From Nitrospirota bacterium (GTDB lineage Bacteria > Nitrospirota > UBA9217), in NCBI GenBank assembly GCA_963845065.1, contig CAWJQQ010000009.1, positions 1,216,001 through 1,280,000 of the forward strand: 64,000 bases of DNA, given 5' to 3'. Positions 43,571 to 53,346 of this stretch are shown here, piece by piece. The notes below the pieces were generated by a model that was given only the letters and a program-made list of their open reading frames with translations, searched no databases and had not been told where the DNA came from. The position numbers and the translations under genes are program-made. Positions within the stretch are counted from its first letter, which is position 1. Every line of letters starts with the position of its first letter.

Positions 43571-43601
43571 AAATTAACATAAGCTACAGGCTATTGTCAA
43601 T

Positions 43602-45275
43602 ATGATAATTCAGCAAGGGTTAAGAAAAGATGTTACTCATAAAAAGTCTCTGATAGGGGCTCACCCGATCATTCAGTTTTTTATGGATAAGCTGAAAATG
43701 GATGAGATTATCGGATCATATGTCAAACAAGACAAGCGGATGAAGTTGAGTGTGGAAAAGACTATCTGTGTCATGATTCACAATTGTTTGACATCACCGC
43801 TGCCAATGTACGAGCTTGAGGAATGGATCAGACCGTTGGATGAGGGGACAATTGGTTTACAATCAGGTGAAACTTTCTTGATAAACGACGATCGCGCCGG
43901 CAAGGCGCTTGATAGCCTTTATTCCGGTCGGCACAAAGATATATTCTTTCATCTGGCGCTCAGGGCAATTAAACTGTTTGATCTCGATTGCCGTCAGATC
44001 CATCAAGATACGACAACTATCACCTTTTCGGGCAAGTATGCCGGATGGTCCGCCCAACAACTGATGACCCATGGCGTGAACAAGGACCATCGGCCCGATC
44101 TGAAGCAGCTGGTATTGGGTATGTCGGTTACTTCCGATGGCGCTGTGCCTCTCGTCCATGAGATTTATGACGGCAATCAGACCGACGATCGCCTTCATCC
44201 AGCAAACCATGCCCGGTTGCGAAAACTGCTTAAGCGGTCTGATTTTATTTACGTGGCCGATTGCAAGCTGGCCACCGAGGACAACCTGCGCAAGATTACC
44301 GCGTGCGAGGGGCTCTTTGTCAGTGTTATGCCGAGATCTTGGAAAGAGGACAAGGCGTTTCGTGAGCGTGTGCGCAAGGGCGGGGTTGAGTGGGCACACC
44401 TATTAACCAGGCCGAATAATCGAAAGCCCGAGTCAACACGTGATCACTATTATTTGGCTGCAGGGCAGTACCACACGTCAAAAGGATATCGTTTGCTGTG
44501 GATTCGCAGCACGCAAAAGGCGGCGCAAGACGCGGAGACAAGGCAAAGGAATATTGATAAAACAGTTACGATGCTCAGGGAGGTACAAACACGTCTCAAC
44601 AAATATACTCTTAAGACCCACAAAAATATCGAGGAAAGAATAACGGCAATTCTCAAACAGCATAAGTGCTCCGATTTAATCGTGTATGAGATTCACCGGG
44701 AAATCCAAAATATAATCCACCATAGAAAAGCGGGGCGGCCAGGTACCTCCGATGTCGGTTCATCCATTGAACAGGAATATTTCACCCTCTCTTTTCAATT
44801 GAACGACGTTCGCATGAGGGAAGAAACGTTGACTGACGGAGTATTTCCTTTGATCACGAACTTAAAGGATCGTACTCCAAAAGAAATTCTTGAGATTTAC
44901 AAGTATCAGCCCTTTTTAGAAAAACGCCATTCGCAATTGAAAACCTACCAGGAAATTGCACCCGCATTTCTCAAAAAGTCTGAACGAGTGATTGCATATC
45001 TCCATATGAATGTCATGGCTCTTATGGTTGCCACTCTTCTTGAGCGCCAGTTAAGACTCGCGATGAAACGTAATGCCATTGCCTCTCTCCCGCTTTACCC
45101 GGAAGGGAAACCTTGCAAATATCCCACGACTTTTGATATCGTGAGGCTGTTTAAGGGTGTCGAGAGATATGAAGTTGTGCAAGGTGAAACTGTGCACTTA
45201 TTTCCAGCTGAATTAAACAGCACGCAAAAACAGGTGCTCAAGCTATTGGGAGTGCCTGCCTCATCGTATCTGTAA
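43602..45275 (+). CDS. IS1634-family DDE transposase
   Basis: HQDTTTITF, G.NKDHRPDLKQ, DGNQTD, YVADCK, YKYQ..LEK. Confidence 0.9.
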   Translation: MIIQQGLRKDVTHKKSLIGAHPIIQFFMDKLKMDEIIGSYVKQDKRMKLSVEKTICVMIHNCLTSPLPMYELEEWIRPLDEGTIGLQSGETFLINDDRAGKALDSLYSGRHKDIFFHLALRAIKLFDLDCRQIHQDTTTITFSGKYAGWSAQQLMTHGVNKDHRPDLKQLVLGMSVTSDGAVPLVHEIYDGNQTDDRLHPANHARLRKLLKRSDFIYVADCKLATEDNLRKITACEGLFVSVMPRSWKEDKAFRERVRKGGVEWAHLLTRPNNRKPESTRDHYYLAAGQYHTSKGYRLLWIRSTQKAAQDAETRQRNIDKTVTMLREVQTRLNKYTLKTHKNIEERITAILKQHKCSDLIVYEIHREIQNIIHHRKAGRPGTSDVGSSIEQEYFTLSFQLNDVRMREETLTDGVFPLITNLKDRTPKEILEIYKYQPFLEKRHSQLKTYQEIAPAFLKKSERVIAYLHMNVMALMVATLLERQLRLAMKRNAIASLPLYPEGKPCKYPTTFDIVRLFKGVERYEVVQGETVHLFPAELNSTQKQVLKLLGVPASSYL

Positions 45276-45349
45276 AAAATGCGTCAATTTTGGGAGTGAA
45301 ATTAATTCAGAAACTACGATCAGCAACTAGCGGAATGTAGGATATGATA

Positions 45350-47155
45350 CCTGAATCTTGCATGATGCTTATGAATAAAAGATAAAACCATACGGGTTAC
45401 ACTGATATAATGCGGTTATCTCGCGAACAACCCATTGTGACAGGAGGTAACCCATATGGTTAAGCGACAAAAGAAGGATAACGTAAAAAGGGCCGTAAAT
45501 CAAGGTCAGAATCAAGGCCAGGAGAAGGCGGCTAAAATCAGCCCCTATACGAGCTATGAGTATTGCAGCGAACGTCTCAGCCCATTCGGCGGGCTTCTGG
45601 CGCTCACGAAGTTTCTAGATGCAGTGAAGTTCCAGGAGCTCTTCGAGGGTTTCTATCAGCCGCCCGGACGCACACCGGCACAAGGGCACTATCAAACGGT
45701 ATGCGGGATATTGGTCTTGCTCTTCATCGGATTTTCACGGCTGTGGCATATTCTGTATATTCGTACCGATCCCCTGGTCTGCGCGATGTTCGGAGTCGAG
45801 CAGCTTCCGCATGCCACGACCTATTGGCGCTACGTGAAATCACTCGGCCTTAATCAGGGGAAATCGTTGCTTCTGGTCATGGCGGCACTCCGTGAGCGAG
45901 TGTGGCAGTTGTGCGAACTTAAATACTCCACGATCCACGTAAACATGGATACTACGGTCGAAACCATCTTCGGCGATCAGGAGGGCGGCCGCAAAGGACA
46001 CAACACGAAGTATCGGGGCAAAAAGGCATACCGGCCCGTGCTCTGTCTGATCGAGGAAACCCGGGAATATCTGGCTGGAAAGCTCCGAAGGGGCGCGACC
46101 ATGTCTGGAAAAGAGATTGCGGAGGTGATCCGGAGTCTCAAAAAATATATTCCCGCCTGCGTCAAGAAGGTTATTCTTCGGGGTGACGGCGAGTTCATCA
46201 GTTGGGACTCGGTAAAGGCCGCTGCGGATGAAGGGTATCTGTACATCTTCGGCAACAAGGGTTGCAAGCCGCCCTTTGATTCCAAAACGTGGTACAAGGC
46301 GCGCCAGAATGATAGCGAAGAATACAACGACTGCTGGTACAAACCTATGGGGTGGCCGGAAGCGTGCCGTTTTGTTTCCATGCGCATTCCAGGGAAGAAA
46401 TCGGACAAGGCTGACACCCAGATAGAGCTTTTGCAAGACGGCGGCTACGTGCACCGGGAATTCGTCACTAACTATCCGGGCAAACCTCATCAGGCAATCG
46501 ATGAGTATGATAAGCGCGCGGACTGTGAGAACCAGATCGGTGAGGTGAAGCGGGAAGGATTGTCGGCCATTCCCTCTCAACGGTTCCTGAGCAACTACGC
46601 TTATTTTCAGATCGTTCTCCTCGCGTACAATCTTTGGCGGTCATTCAAGATGGTCGCGGAGCATGGTGAAGCGAAACAGAGAAACGAGGACGAGAAGCAG
46701 TCGGCTCTCGGTTTATGCGGCATTCAGGACAACACGATTCGCATCGCACGCTTGAAACTGCTTATGATCGCGGCGAAGCTGGTATGCACTGGCAATACAA
46801 CCAAGGTGAAATACTCCGAACACGACAGCCGGGCTGACGGTCTTTTCCAATACATGGCGCATCTTGACCAGATTCGCAGACGGGATCGACCGTGGCTTGA
46901 CGGCAGTCTCTGGCAGTGTCGGCATATGGAAGGTTTGAAGCTCAAGACCGTATCACGCTCTCCTTGATAGACTTGTGCAAGAAATTTCTTGCACGTTAAA
47001 GTGTGAGAAACATGAGTTTGAGTCTTCTCAGCTTTATGTGATGAAAAAATGTTGTTGATAAGGCAAAATGATGGCTATCGTGGGCCCGTGGAGAGTGCGG
47101 AAGTCAAAAGCACGCCGACGAGTCGGGAGAACTACGTTTTCGTGCAAGATTAAGG
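45350..47155 (+). mobile_element. IS1380-family insertion sequence
   Basis: TIRs cctgaatcttgca / tgcaagattaagg (12/13) and a 5-bp TSD TGATA (45345-49, 47156-60). Confidence 0.9.
45456..46967 (+). CDS. IS1380-family DDE transposase
   Basis: MDTTV..FGDQEG, LRGDGEF, Y.KRADCEN.I.E.K, LAYNL. Confidence 0.9.
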   Translation: MVKRQKKDNVKRAVNQGQNQGQEKAAKISPYTSYEYCSERLSPFGGLLALTKFLDAVKFQELFEGFYQPPGRTPAQGHYQTVCGILVLLFIGFSRLWHILYIRTDPLVCAMFGVEQLPHATTYWRYVKSLGLNQGKSLLLVMAALRERVWQLCELKYSTIHVNMDTTVETIFGDQEGGRKGHNTKYRGKKAYRPVLCLIEETREYLAGKLRRGATMSGKEIAEVIRSLKKYIPACVKKVILRGDGEFISWDSVKAAADEGYLYIFGNKGCKPPFDSKTWYKARQNDSEEYNDCWYKPMGWPEACRFVSMRIPGKKSDKADTQIELLQDGGYVHREFVTNYPGKPHQAIDEYDKRADCENQIGEVKREGLSAIPSQRFLSNYAYFQIVLLAYNLWRSFKMVAEHGEAKQRNEDEKQSALGLCGIQDNTIRIARLKLLMIAAKLVCTGNTTKVKYSEHDSRADGLFQYMAHLDQIRRRDRPWLDGSLWQCRHMEGLKLKTVSRSP

Positions 47156-47170
47156 TGATATATCATTTAA

Positions 47171-47290
47171 AAGAAACTTAGCGTGTATGGTCAAAACAAC
47201 AGGGGATGAACTATCGCACGGCATGGAGGTGAGATGATGGAATACCGGAGAACTTCCTGTTGGAATAGAGCAAATGCCATCTGGCACGCA
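47171..47290 (+). pseudogene. IS607 tnpA 5' relic
   Basis: Across frameshifts it reads KLSV-W-KQQGMNYRTAW-WNTGELPVGIEQMPSGT, matching the N-terminus of the TnpA at 48184. Confidence 0.75.
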
Positions 47291-47395
47291 GATTGAGATA
47301 GGATGGGGAAAAGGGACACCAAAGTCGTGTTAAAATACAATTAACGCTTATCAGCTCATTGTAAATTCGTTGACTCTATTTTGGAGGACAAGATC

Positions 47396-47965
47396 ATGAA
47401 TGCAGTCATTGAAGCAATCAAAAAAAGACGATCTGTAAGGGCCTATGAAACAAAGTTGATTCCGAGAAACATCCTGAATGCGATTATCGATGCAGGGAAC
47501 GATGCGCCGTCTGCGCAGAACAGCCAGCCTTGGAGGTTCGTAGTAGTAGAAGACAGGGAAATGAAAAAGAAGCTGCTCGGCGCGGCCTTGCCGCAGGCAA
47601 AGAAGATCGCGGAAATGGTAAAGGACGTTGATCCGAACCGGTACGAGCTGATGAAAAAACGCTATGCCGAATTGCCTGATCCTGTATATTATTCAGCGCC
47701 GGCAATCGTGTTCGTCGTTGGCAGCGGACGGTACGCCGCTCATTCCTGCCCCTTAGCTTGCGAGAACATGATGCTTGCGGCCCAATCGCTAGGGCTCGGA
47801 AGTTGCTGGGTTGGGTTTGGTGCAATGGTGACCGAGGACCCGGAGGTCAGAATTATTCTTGAACTGAGGGAAGATGAAACAATATTTGGGCCTATTCTGC
47901 TTGGTTATCCAAATGGTGAAACAAAACGCCCACCAAAGAAGCAGCCACAGGTGAAATGGATATAA
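47396..47965 (+). CDS. Nitroreductase family protein
   Basis: RRSVRAY, APSAQNSQPWRF, ENMMLAAQSLGLGSCW. Confidence 0.92.
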   Translation: MNAVIEAIKKRRSVRAYETKLIPRNILNAIIDAGNDAPSAQNSQPWRFVVVEDREMKKKLLGAALPQAKKIAEMVKDVDPNRYELMKKRYAELPDPVYYSAPAIVFVVGSGRYAAHSCPLACENMMLAAQSLGLGSCWVGFGAMVTEDPEVRIILELREDETIFGPILLGYPNGETKRPPKKQPQVKWI

Positions 47966-48183
47966 TGCTAATGCAAAATGAAGCGAGCTAACCCGGGTAA
48001 GCCGGAGCCAATGACGTTAAGTAATGAATATACCGAGGATTAAGTGGGATTAAAGTTGGATAAAGCGGCTTTAACTTATAATAGAATTCGACTGAGGTAG
48101 GATTTCCATCTGATATTGTCAGGGGTTGGTAACTGTTCATTATTTAGTGGTATATTGTAGAAATATATGCTATAATATTAACT

Positions 48184-48756
48184 ATGAAATTAAGCGTATG
48201 GGCCAAACAACAGGGGATTACATACAAAGCGGCATGGAACTGGTGGAAGGCCGGCAAGCTGCCGGTTGAAGCGGAACAGATGCCGTCCGGCACTATTATC
48301 ATCAAAGAGCAAAAAACGGATTCAACAGGGGCTGCGGCTCTTTATGCCAGAGTATCCGGCCATGACCAGAAGAACGACCTGGACGCGCAAATCGGCCGGT
48401 TGTCACAGTTTGCCGCGTCGCAGAAATTGGCTGTTACCATGGCTGTTACGGAGATCGGTTCAGGTCTGAACGGGCATAGGCCAAAGCTCATGAAGCTGCT
48501 TGCAAATCCAGCGGTAAGTATTATCGTTGTCGAACATCGCGATCGGCTGATGAGATTCGGTTCTGAATATGTAGAATCATCACTTCATGCTCAAGGCAGA
48601 AGGCTCATCATTATGGACCAGACGGAACTTAAAGATGACCTTGTGCAGGATATGAGAGAGGTGCTGACGTCATTTTGCGCGAGACTGTACGGACGCAGGT
48701 CCGCAGCCAACAAGGCAAAAAAGGCGATTGAGGCTATGAACGATGGCAAGCAGTAA
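48184..48756 (+). CDS. tnpA: IS607 TnpA serine recombinase
   Basis: N-terminal HTH, YARVS catalytic motif, EIGSGLN..R, DRLMRFG, ARLYGRRS. Confidence 0.95.
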   Translation: MKLSVWAKQQGITYKAAWNWWKAGKLPVEAEQMPSGTIIIKEQKTDSTGAAALYARVSGHDQKNDLDAQIGRLSQFAASQKLAVTMAVTEIGSGLNGHRPKLMKLLANPAVSIIVVEHRDRLMRFGSEYVESSLHAQGRRLIIMDQTELKDDLVQDMREVLTSFCARLYGRRSAANKAKKAIEAMNDGKQ

Positions 48757-50437
48757 ACGCTCTTTTAAAAGCAAAAAAGGCGGTAATAAGAAGGACAGCG
48801 ATGTCCTGTCTTTTACCGCCTGTACTTTATTAAATGATATAGACATTTCTGGCGCTGGAAGTTCACTATACGGTATTCTCGATGAAATCGGCGATCTCTA
48901 TGGGCACATCAAAAGGTCTTTATTTAAGGATTTCATCTCTACCGGCCAAAAACCCCTGTCATTCAAAAACGCATACTTGCTAAGATTCGGGATCACTGCG
49001 CGGCAATTCAACGCGGTCAGATATGACCTGGACGGCAATATAAGTTCCGCTGCGGAAATCCTGAAAAAACGCGTAGAAGATATCGAAAGCAGTGTAAAAT
49101 CCGTCAAAAAATGGATAGAGGGCAAGGAAACAAAGATCAGCCGGCTGCAAGAAGAGGTGGATCTGCCCGCGCCTGTACGTGACCAACAGATACACGATAT
49201 CAGATTCGCGCTCCACCTTAAGAGGAGAAAGCTTCATGCAATAGAGCTTAAGCTGCATGCGCTTACCGATGATTTAAAGAGCAATCGCATCCGAATATGT
49301 TTTGGGTCAAAATCTCTTTTTCGCAAGCAGTTTCCTCTGGACGAGAACGGCTATATTGGCCATGATGAATGGAGGGTGGACTGGAAGAAGGCCCGTGGTT
49401 CCCAGTCCTTTTGCCTAGGCTCGAAAGACGAAAGCGCCGGGAACCAGTCATGCACGCTGTCCATTGACGGGACGCTCCGGATACGCATTCCGAATCACCT
49501 GACCGGGAAGTACGGGAAATATGCCGTGGTTACCGGAATCAAATATCCCTACGGACTGGACATTGTTGAAGATGCACTCTCTAACGGGCAGGCGCTGACA
49601 CATCGCTTTGTCCGTGAAGCGAAGGGATGGTATCTGCATACATCCGTTGACATCAAAAAGCCGGAACTGGTTACCTTTGAACCCGGGTTGATAGGGTGTA
49701 TTGGTGTTGATGTTAACGAAAAAGAGATCGCCGTTTCTGACTCAGACCGGTTCGGTAACCTTGTATGGAGTACCTCTTATCCCGCCTGCGTAAAAGATAA
49801 GACATCAGCCCAAACAGAGGCTCTTTACAAGGATATCTGCAAAAAGATAGTTGCCAGAGCTGCAGCGTCCTGCAAGTCGATCAGCCATGAAAAACTCGAT
49901 TTCAGCAAAAAGAAGACATCATTAAAACAACAAGGAGTGACGTATTCCAGGATGCTTTCCGGGTTCGCTTATTCGTCATTCCTTACCATGCTCGATCGCC
50001 GCTCGTTTAAAGCGGGAGTTAAAGTATTCTCCGTTAACCCCGCGTTTACGTCCGTCATTGGCAGAGCAAATTATATGTCTCGCTATGGGATCACGGCGCA
50101 TGAAGCGGCAGCGCTTATCATCGCGAGACGAGCACAAAGATATTCCGAGTCGCCTGCGCCGGCCAGAACCGCCTCTCCCCTACCTGTAAGGAATCGGGGA
50201 GGGCACGTCTGGAAATACTGGCGCAGGTCAAAGGAAAGCGGGGTTCGTGCCCGTACGGATGGACTCTCCTCTAGAAGGCGGCCCTTACAGGGCTCTACAG
50301 GCAGCGCTGAATCTCAACATGAATCGTTGCATGGAATGACAGTGCTCACCTCCTGGCCACCTCCCGATGATTGTGGTTCACTCGATATCGGGAAGGCGTC
50401 AGGTGTGTTGCCGAGTAGTAAAAAGGCGCTTGTGTGA
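48743..50437 (+). CDS. tnpB: IS607-associated TnpB-related RuvC protein lacking a Zn finger
   Basis: IGVDVN (RuvC-I), HEKLDF (RuvC-II), VNPAFTS, and HEAAA.IIARR in the RuvC-III position. Confidence 0.85.
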   Translation: MASSKRSFKSKKGGNKKDSDVLSFTACTLLNDIDISGAGSSLYGILDEIGDLYGHIKRSLFKDFISTGQKPLSFKNAYLLRFGITARQFNAVRYDLDGNISSAAEILKKRVEDIESSVKSVKKWIEGKETKISRLQEEVDLPAPVRDQQIHDIRFALHLKRRKLHAIELKLHALTDDLKSNRIRICFGSKSLFRKQFPLDENGYIGHDEWRVDWKKARGSQSFCLGSKDESAGNQSCTLSIDGTLRIRIPNHLTGKYGKYAVVTGIKYPYGLDIVEDALSNGQALTHRFVREAKGWYLHTSVDIKKPELVTFEPGLIGCIGVDVNEKEIAVSDSDRFGNLVWSTSYPACVKDKTSAQTEALYKDICKKIVARAAASCKSISHEKLDFSKKKTSLKQQGVTYSRMLSGFAYSSFLTMLDRRSFKAGVKVFSVNPAFTSVIGRANYMSRYGITAHEAAALIIARRAQRYSESPAPARTASPLPVRNRGGHVWKYWRRSKESGVRARTDGLSSRRRPLQGSTGSAESQHESLHGMTVLTSWPPPDDCGSLDIGKASGVLPSSKKALV

Positions 50438-50620
50438 ATCAGGGCGAGAATCCCTGACGTTAACCGGCAGCAGCACTGTTCGGCTGCCGTTATAGCTAGT
50501 ATGGATAAAAAGCTATATTTTAGGAACGGTAATGCGGTTTCTATAGTGTCGATAGTACTATTGAACTTCTCCCCCGCGAATTCCCCTTCCGAAAGGGAGT
50601 AGATGAAAAGGCGGGATTTT

Positions 50621-52372
50621 TTAACGAAGGGGAGAGGTCAGGAAAATTCGTACCTTAGTTCCTTTCCCGTGTATACTCTCTATCTGCATGTCCCAGCCGA
50701 GAGCTTTTACCAAGTGCTTGACAATTGCAAGGCCGAGCCCAGTGCCACCCATTTGCCTTGATCGGCTGGGGTCGACGCGGTAGAACCGTTCGCCGAGCCT
50801 TGTAAGATGCTTCTGCGGGATGCCAATCCCCGTGTCTTCAACTACTATACAGAGCCTGCCGTCTTCTTCAATCATACCGAACGTTACGCCGCCCTGCTCT
50901 GTGAATTTGATGCCATTTTCCACGAGATTGGTTAAAATCTGGATTAGGCGGTCCCGATCGGTCGAAATGTCGCTTAAGCCCGGCTTGACCACAATCTGGA
51001 GTGTCAGTTTTTTTGCAGCTGCTTTATCCTTGAGTATAGCTAGCACTGCTTCAGCCGCATCGATGAACTGGACCGGAGCTTTCTCGATTTTTATGACACC
51101 CATTTCGATCTTGGAGATAGTCATGAGGTCGTCAACGAGGCTGTTGATCCTCTCGCTGTTGGATTTGATGGCCCGAAGGAACTTCAGGGCATGTTCTCTG
51201 TCTTCCAGCGCGCCTTCTAGGAGAGTATCAGCAAATCCTTTGATCGCTGTGATCGGCGTCTTGATTTCGTGAGATGCATTGGCAACAAAATCCTTTCTGA
51301 CTTGTTCGACTTTTTTCAGATCTGTAATGTCATGGAAGATTGCGACGAAGCCTGTAAGGTCATCCTTGCTTTGGAAGAGAGGCGAAATGCGGACAACACA
51401 GTACCGTTCCGTTGGGTATTCAAGTTTGAACTCGGAGACCCCGGCTGTTCTGCTTGAACGGACCTCGTCAAGTAACGTAATAAATTCACTGTTCCGGATG
51501 ACCTGTATGAAGGGCCTGCCCAACAGCGGAGAATCGCCGAAAAAGTTCCTGGTTGCAGCGCTTGAAAGTAGGACTACGCCTTTGTCGTCTATGATGAGGA
51601 GTGCGTCGGGGATACTCCTGAGTATCTCGTTGAGTCTTTTACGTTCCTGCTCGTGCTCCTCAATGACGTTTTTCAGTTCTTGGGACATGGCGTTCAAGCT
51701 GTCAGCGATATCGCTGAATTCACCGGCATCGTGAAGGAACAATTTGTTGCCGATACCTCGCGGCACAAGCGATCCCGCAAAGTCCTTGATTTGCCGCGTT
51801 AGACGCCGCAGGTAGTCGAATTGCCAGATAGAAAAGGTCGCCGATACGATGATGACGAAGCCGACGACGAGGATGATATCCAGCCTGATGACGTCTACTG
51901 CGTGATCGATGCTTTGAAGGGGGACGCTTAACCGTACATAGCCTTCGGGCTTGCCGCTGGAGGGTGTTCGGTAGGCGACGTACATGAGATCCTGTTTCAC
52001 TGTGTCGCTGTGCCTAATAAACATTCCAGTGCCGCTGAGCGCCGCCTGCTGGACTTCGGGCCGGTGGGCATGGTTTTCCATGGACGACGAGTCTGCGTCA
52101 GAATCTCCCAGGACCCGGCCGTCGAGTGCAATAATGGTGACTCTAGCGCCTGTTCTTTCTTTTGCCACTTTGCAAATGTCATTGATACTATGCACTGGAT
52201 GGAAGGAAACGTGTTCGGCGATGAGTGCTGCCTCGATGGTGAGGTCCTGATTCAACCTGTCAATGTAATGATCCCGAATGGTGTTGGTGACGGAGTATTC
52301 GATAAAAAGGAACGACAGGATAATGATGACGGTATAAATAAGGAATATTCGTCTGAATATCCCGCGGTTCAT
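50621..52372 (-). CDS. phoR: Phosphate regulon sensor kinase
   Basis: Two TMs, HAMP, PAS, ANASHEIKTP H-box, ERFYRVD..RSR..GGTGLGL. Confidence 0.92.
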   Translation of the reverse strand: MNRGIFRRIFLIYTVIIILSFLFIEYSVTNTIRDHYIDRLNQDLTIEAALIAEHVSFHPVHSINDICKVAKERTGARVTIIALDGRVLGDSDADSSSMENHAHRPEVQQAALSGTGMFIRHSDTVKQDLMYVAYRTPSSGKPEGYVRLSVPLQSIDHAVDVIRLDIILVVGFVIIVSATFSIWQFDYLRRLTRQIKDFAGSLVPRGIGNKLFLHDAGEFSDIADSLNAMSQELKNVIEEHEQERKRLNEILRSIPDALLIIDDKGVVLLSSAATRNFFGDSPLLGRPFIQVIRNSEFITLLDEVRSSRTAGVSEFKLEYPTERYCVVRISPLFQSKDDLTGFVAIFHDITDLKKVEQVRKDFVANASHEIKTPITAIKGFADTLLEGALEDREHALKFLRAIKSNSERINSLVDDLMTISKIEMGVIKIEKAPVQFIDAAEAVLAILKDKAAAKKLTLQIVVKPGLSDISTDRDRLIQILTNLVENGIKFTEQGGVTFGMIEEDGRLCIVVEDTGIGIPQKHLTRLGERFYRVDPSRSRQMGGTGLGLAIVKHLVKALGWDMQIESIHGKGTKVRIFLTSPLR

Positions 52373-53064
52373 GCGGTCTCCACATAGTAGCCGATGCCTC
52401 GCCTCGTCCTGACATACTTGGGACTCGAAGGATCGTCTTCAATCTGGGTGCGCAACCGCCTGATGTGGACGTCAACGGTCCTTGACTCGACGAAGGTCTC
52501 GTCCTCCCATACGGCATCGAGGAGTTGGTCCCGACTGAACACTCGGCCGCGGTGCTGGATGAGGTAGAGAAAAAGTTTGAATTCCGTGGCGCTGAGACTG
52601 AGCGGGACGCCCCGTTTCAAGACCGTGAAGGTCTCCAGGTTGATCACGAGATCCCCCAGCGTAATCGTTTTTTCCATTGACGTCCGCTCACCAGACCTGC
52701 GCAGGATCGCTTTGACCCGGGCAATGAGTTCCTTGGGGCTGAACGGTTTGGTCATGTAATCGTCGGCGCCGGTCTCCAGACCGCGGATCTTGTCCGTTTC
52801 TTCACCTTTGGCTGTCAGCATGATGATGGGTATTTGGGCGGTTTTCTCGTTGTTTCTCAGAATGCGGCAGAGTTCCATACCGTGAATGCCGGGGAGCATG
52901 AGGTCGAGCACGATGAGGTCGAACCTGTCTTCCCGGACCCGTGCAAGCGCCTCTTCGCCGTCCGAAGCAGAAGCAACTGCGTACCCCGCTTTCTTGAGGT
53001 TGTAGGAAACAAGCTCTGTGATATCAGGCTCGTCATCGACAATCAATATCTTCTGGGCTGTCAT
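52369..53064 (-). CDS. phoB: PhoB/PhoP-type response regulator
   Basis: REC domain (LDLMLP, KPFS) plus OmpR wHTH (RTVDVHIRRLR). Overlaps phoR. Confidence 0.9.
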   Translation of the reverse strand: MTAQKILIVDDEPDITELVSYNLKKAGYAVASASDGEEALARVREDRFDLIVLDLMLPGIHGMELCRILRNNEKTAQIPIIMLTAKGEETDKIRGLETGADDYMTKPFSPKELIARVKAILRRSGERTSMEKTITLGDLVINLETFTVLKRGVPLSLSATEFKLFLYLIQHRGRVFSRDQLLDAVWEDETFVESRTVDVHIRRLRTQIEDDPSSPKYVRTRRGIGYYVETA

Positions 53065-53214
53065 AGAGATAATAATCTCACTGATCGTAAAAAGGGTGAC
53101 CGGGATTTCCCGGCTGACAAGAACTATTATTATCTATTCTAATAAATTTGTCAAAGCCGTTTTGTTGATGCCGGAGAAAGATCAAGTAAGGAGGTAACCT
53201 ATTGTGAGAATACG

Positions 53215-53346
53215 TTGACATACTCCCACAGCAAAACATGCGGGGTTTTTCGCACGGGAAGCTCCTAAAGGGGCTCTGTGCATTCCTTGAACTACTGTCC
53301 ACTTAATCCTCGCTGCTAGGCGAAAGCGCTAGAAGGAGTGGGTCAA
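53215..53346. mobile_element. Small element bounded by two inverted IS605 right-end-like motifs
   Basis: ttgacatactcc...ggagtgggtcaa (10/12 inverted). The - strand reads hairpin-gggagtatgTCAA. Confidence 0.4.

Larger units (their letters stand above)
43087..45341 (+). mobile_element. IS1634-family insertion sequence
   Basis: Perfect 16-bp TIRs cctacattccgctagt (43087-43102, 45326-45341) and a 6-bp TSD ATATGA (43081-86, 45342-47). Confidence 0.93.
48128..50529 (+). mobile_element. IS607-family element (serine recombinase + TnpB)
   Basis: Overlapping tnpA-tnpB and a hairpin-rich 3' region ending ...ttaggaacGG at 50529. Left boundary approximate. Confidence 0.8.
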
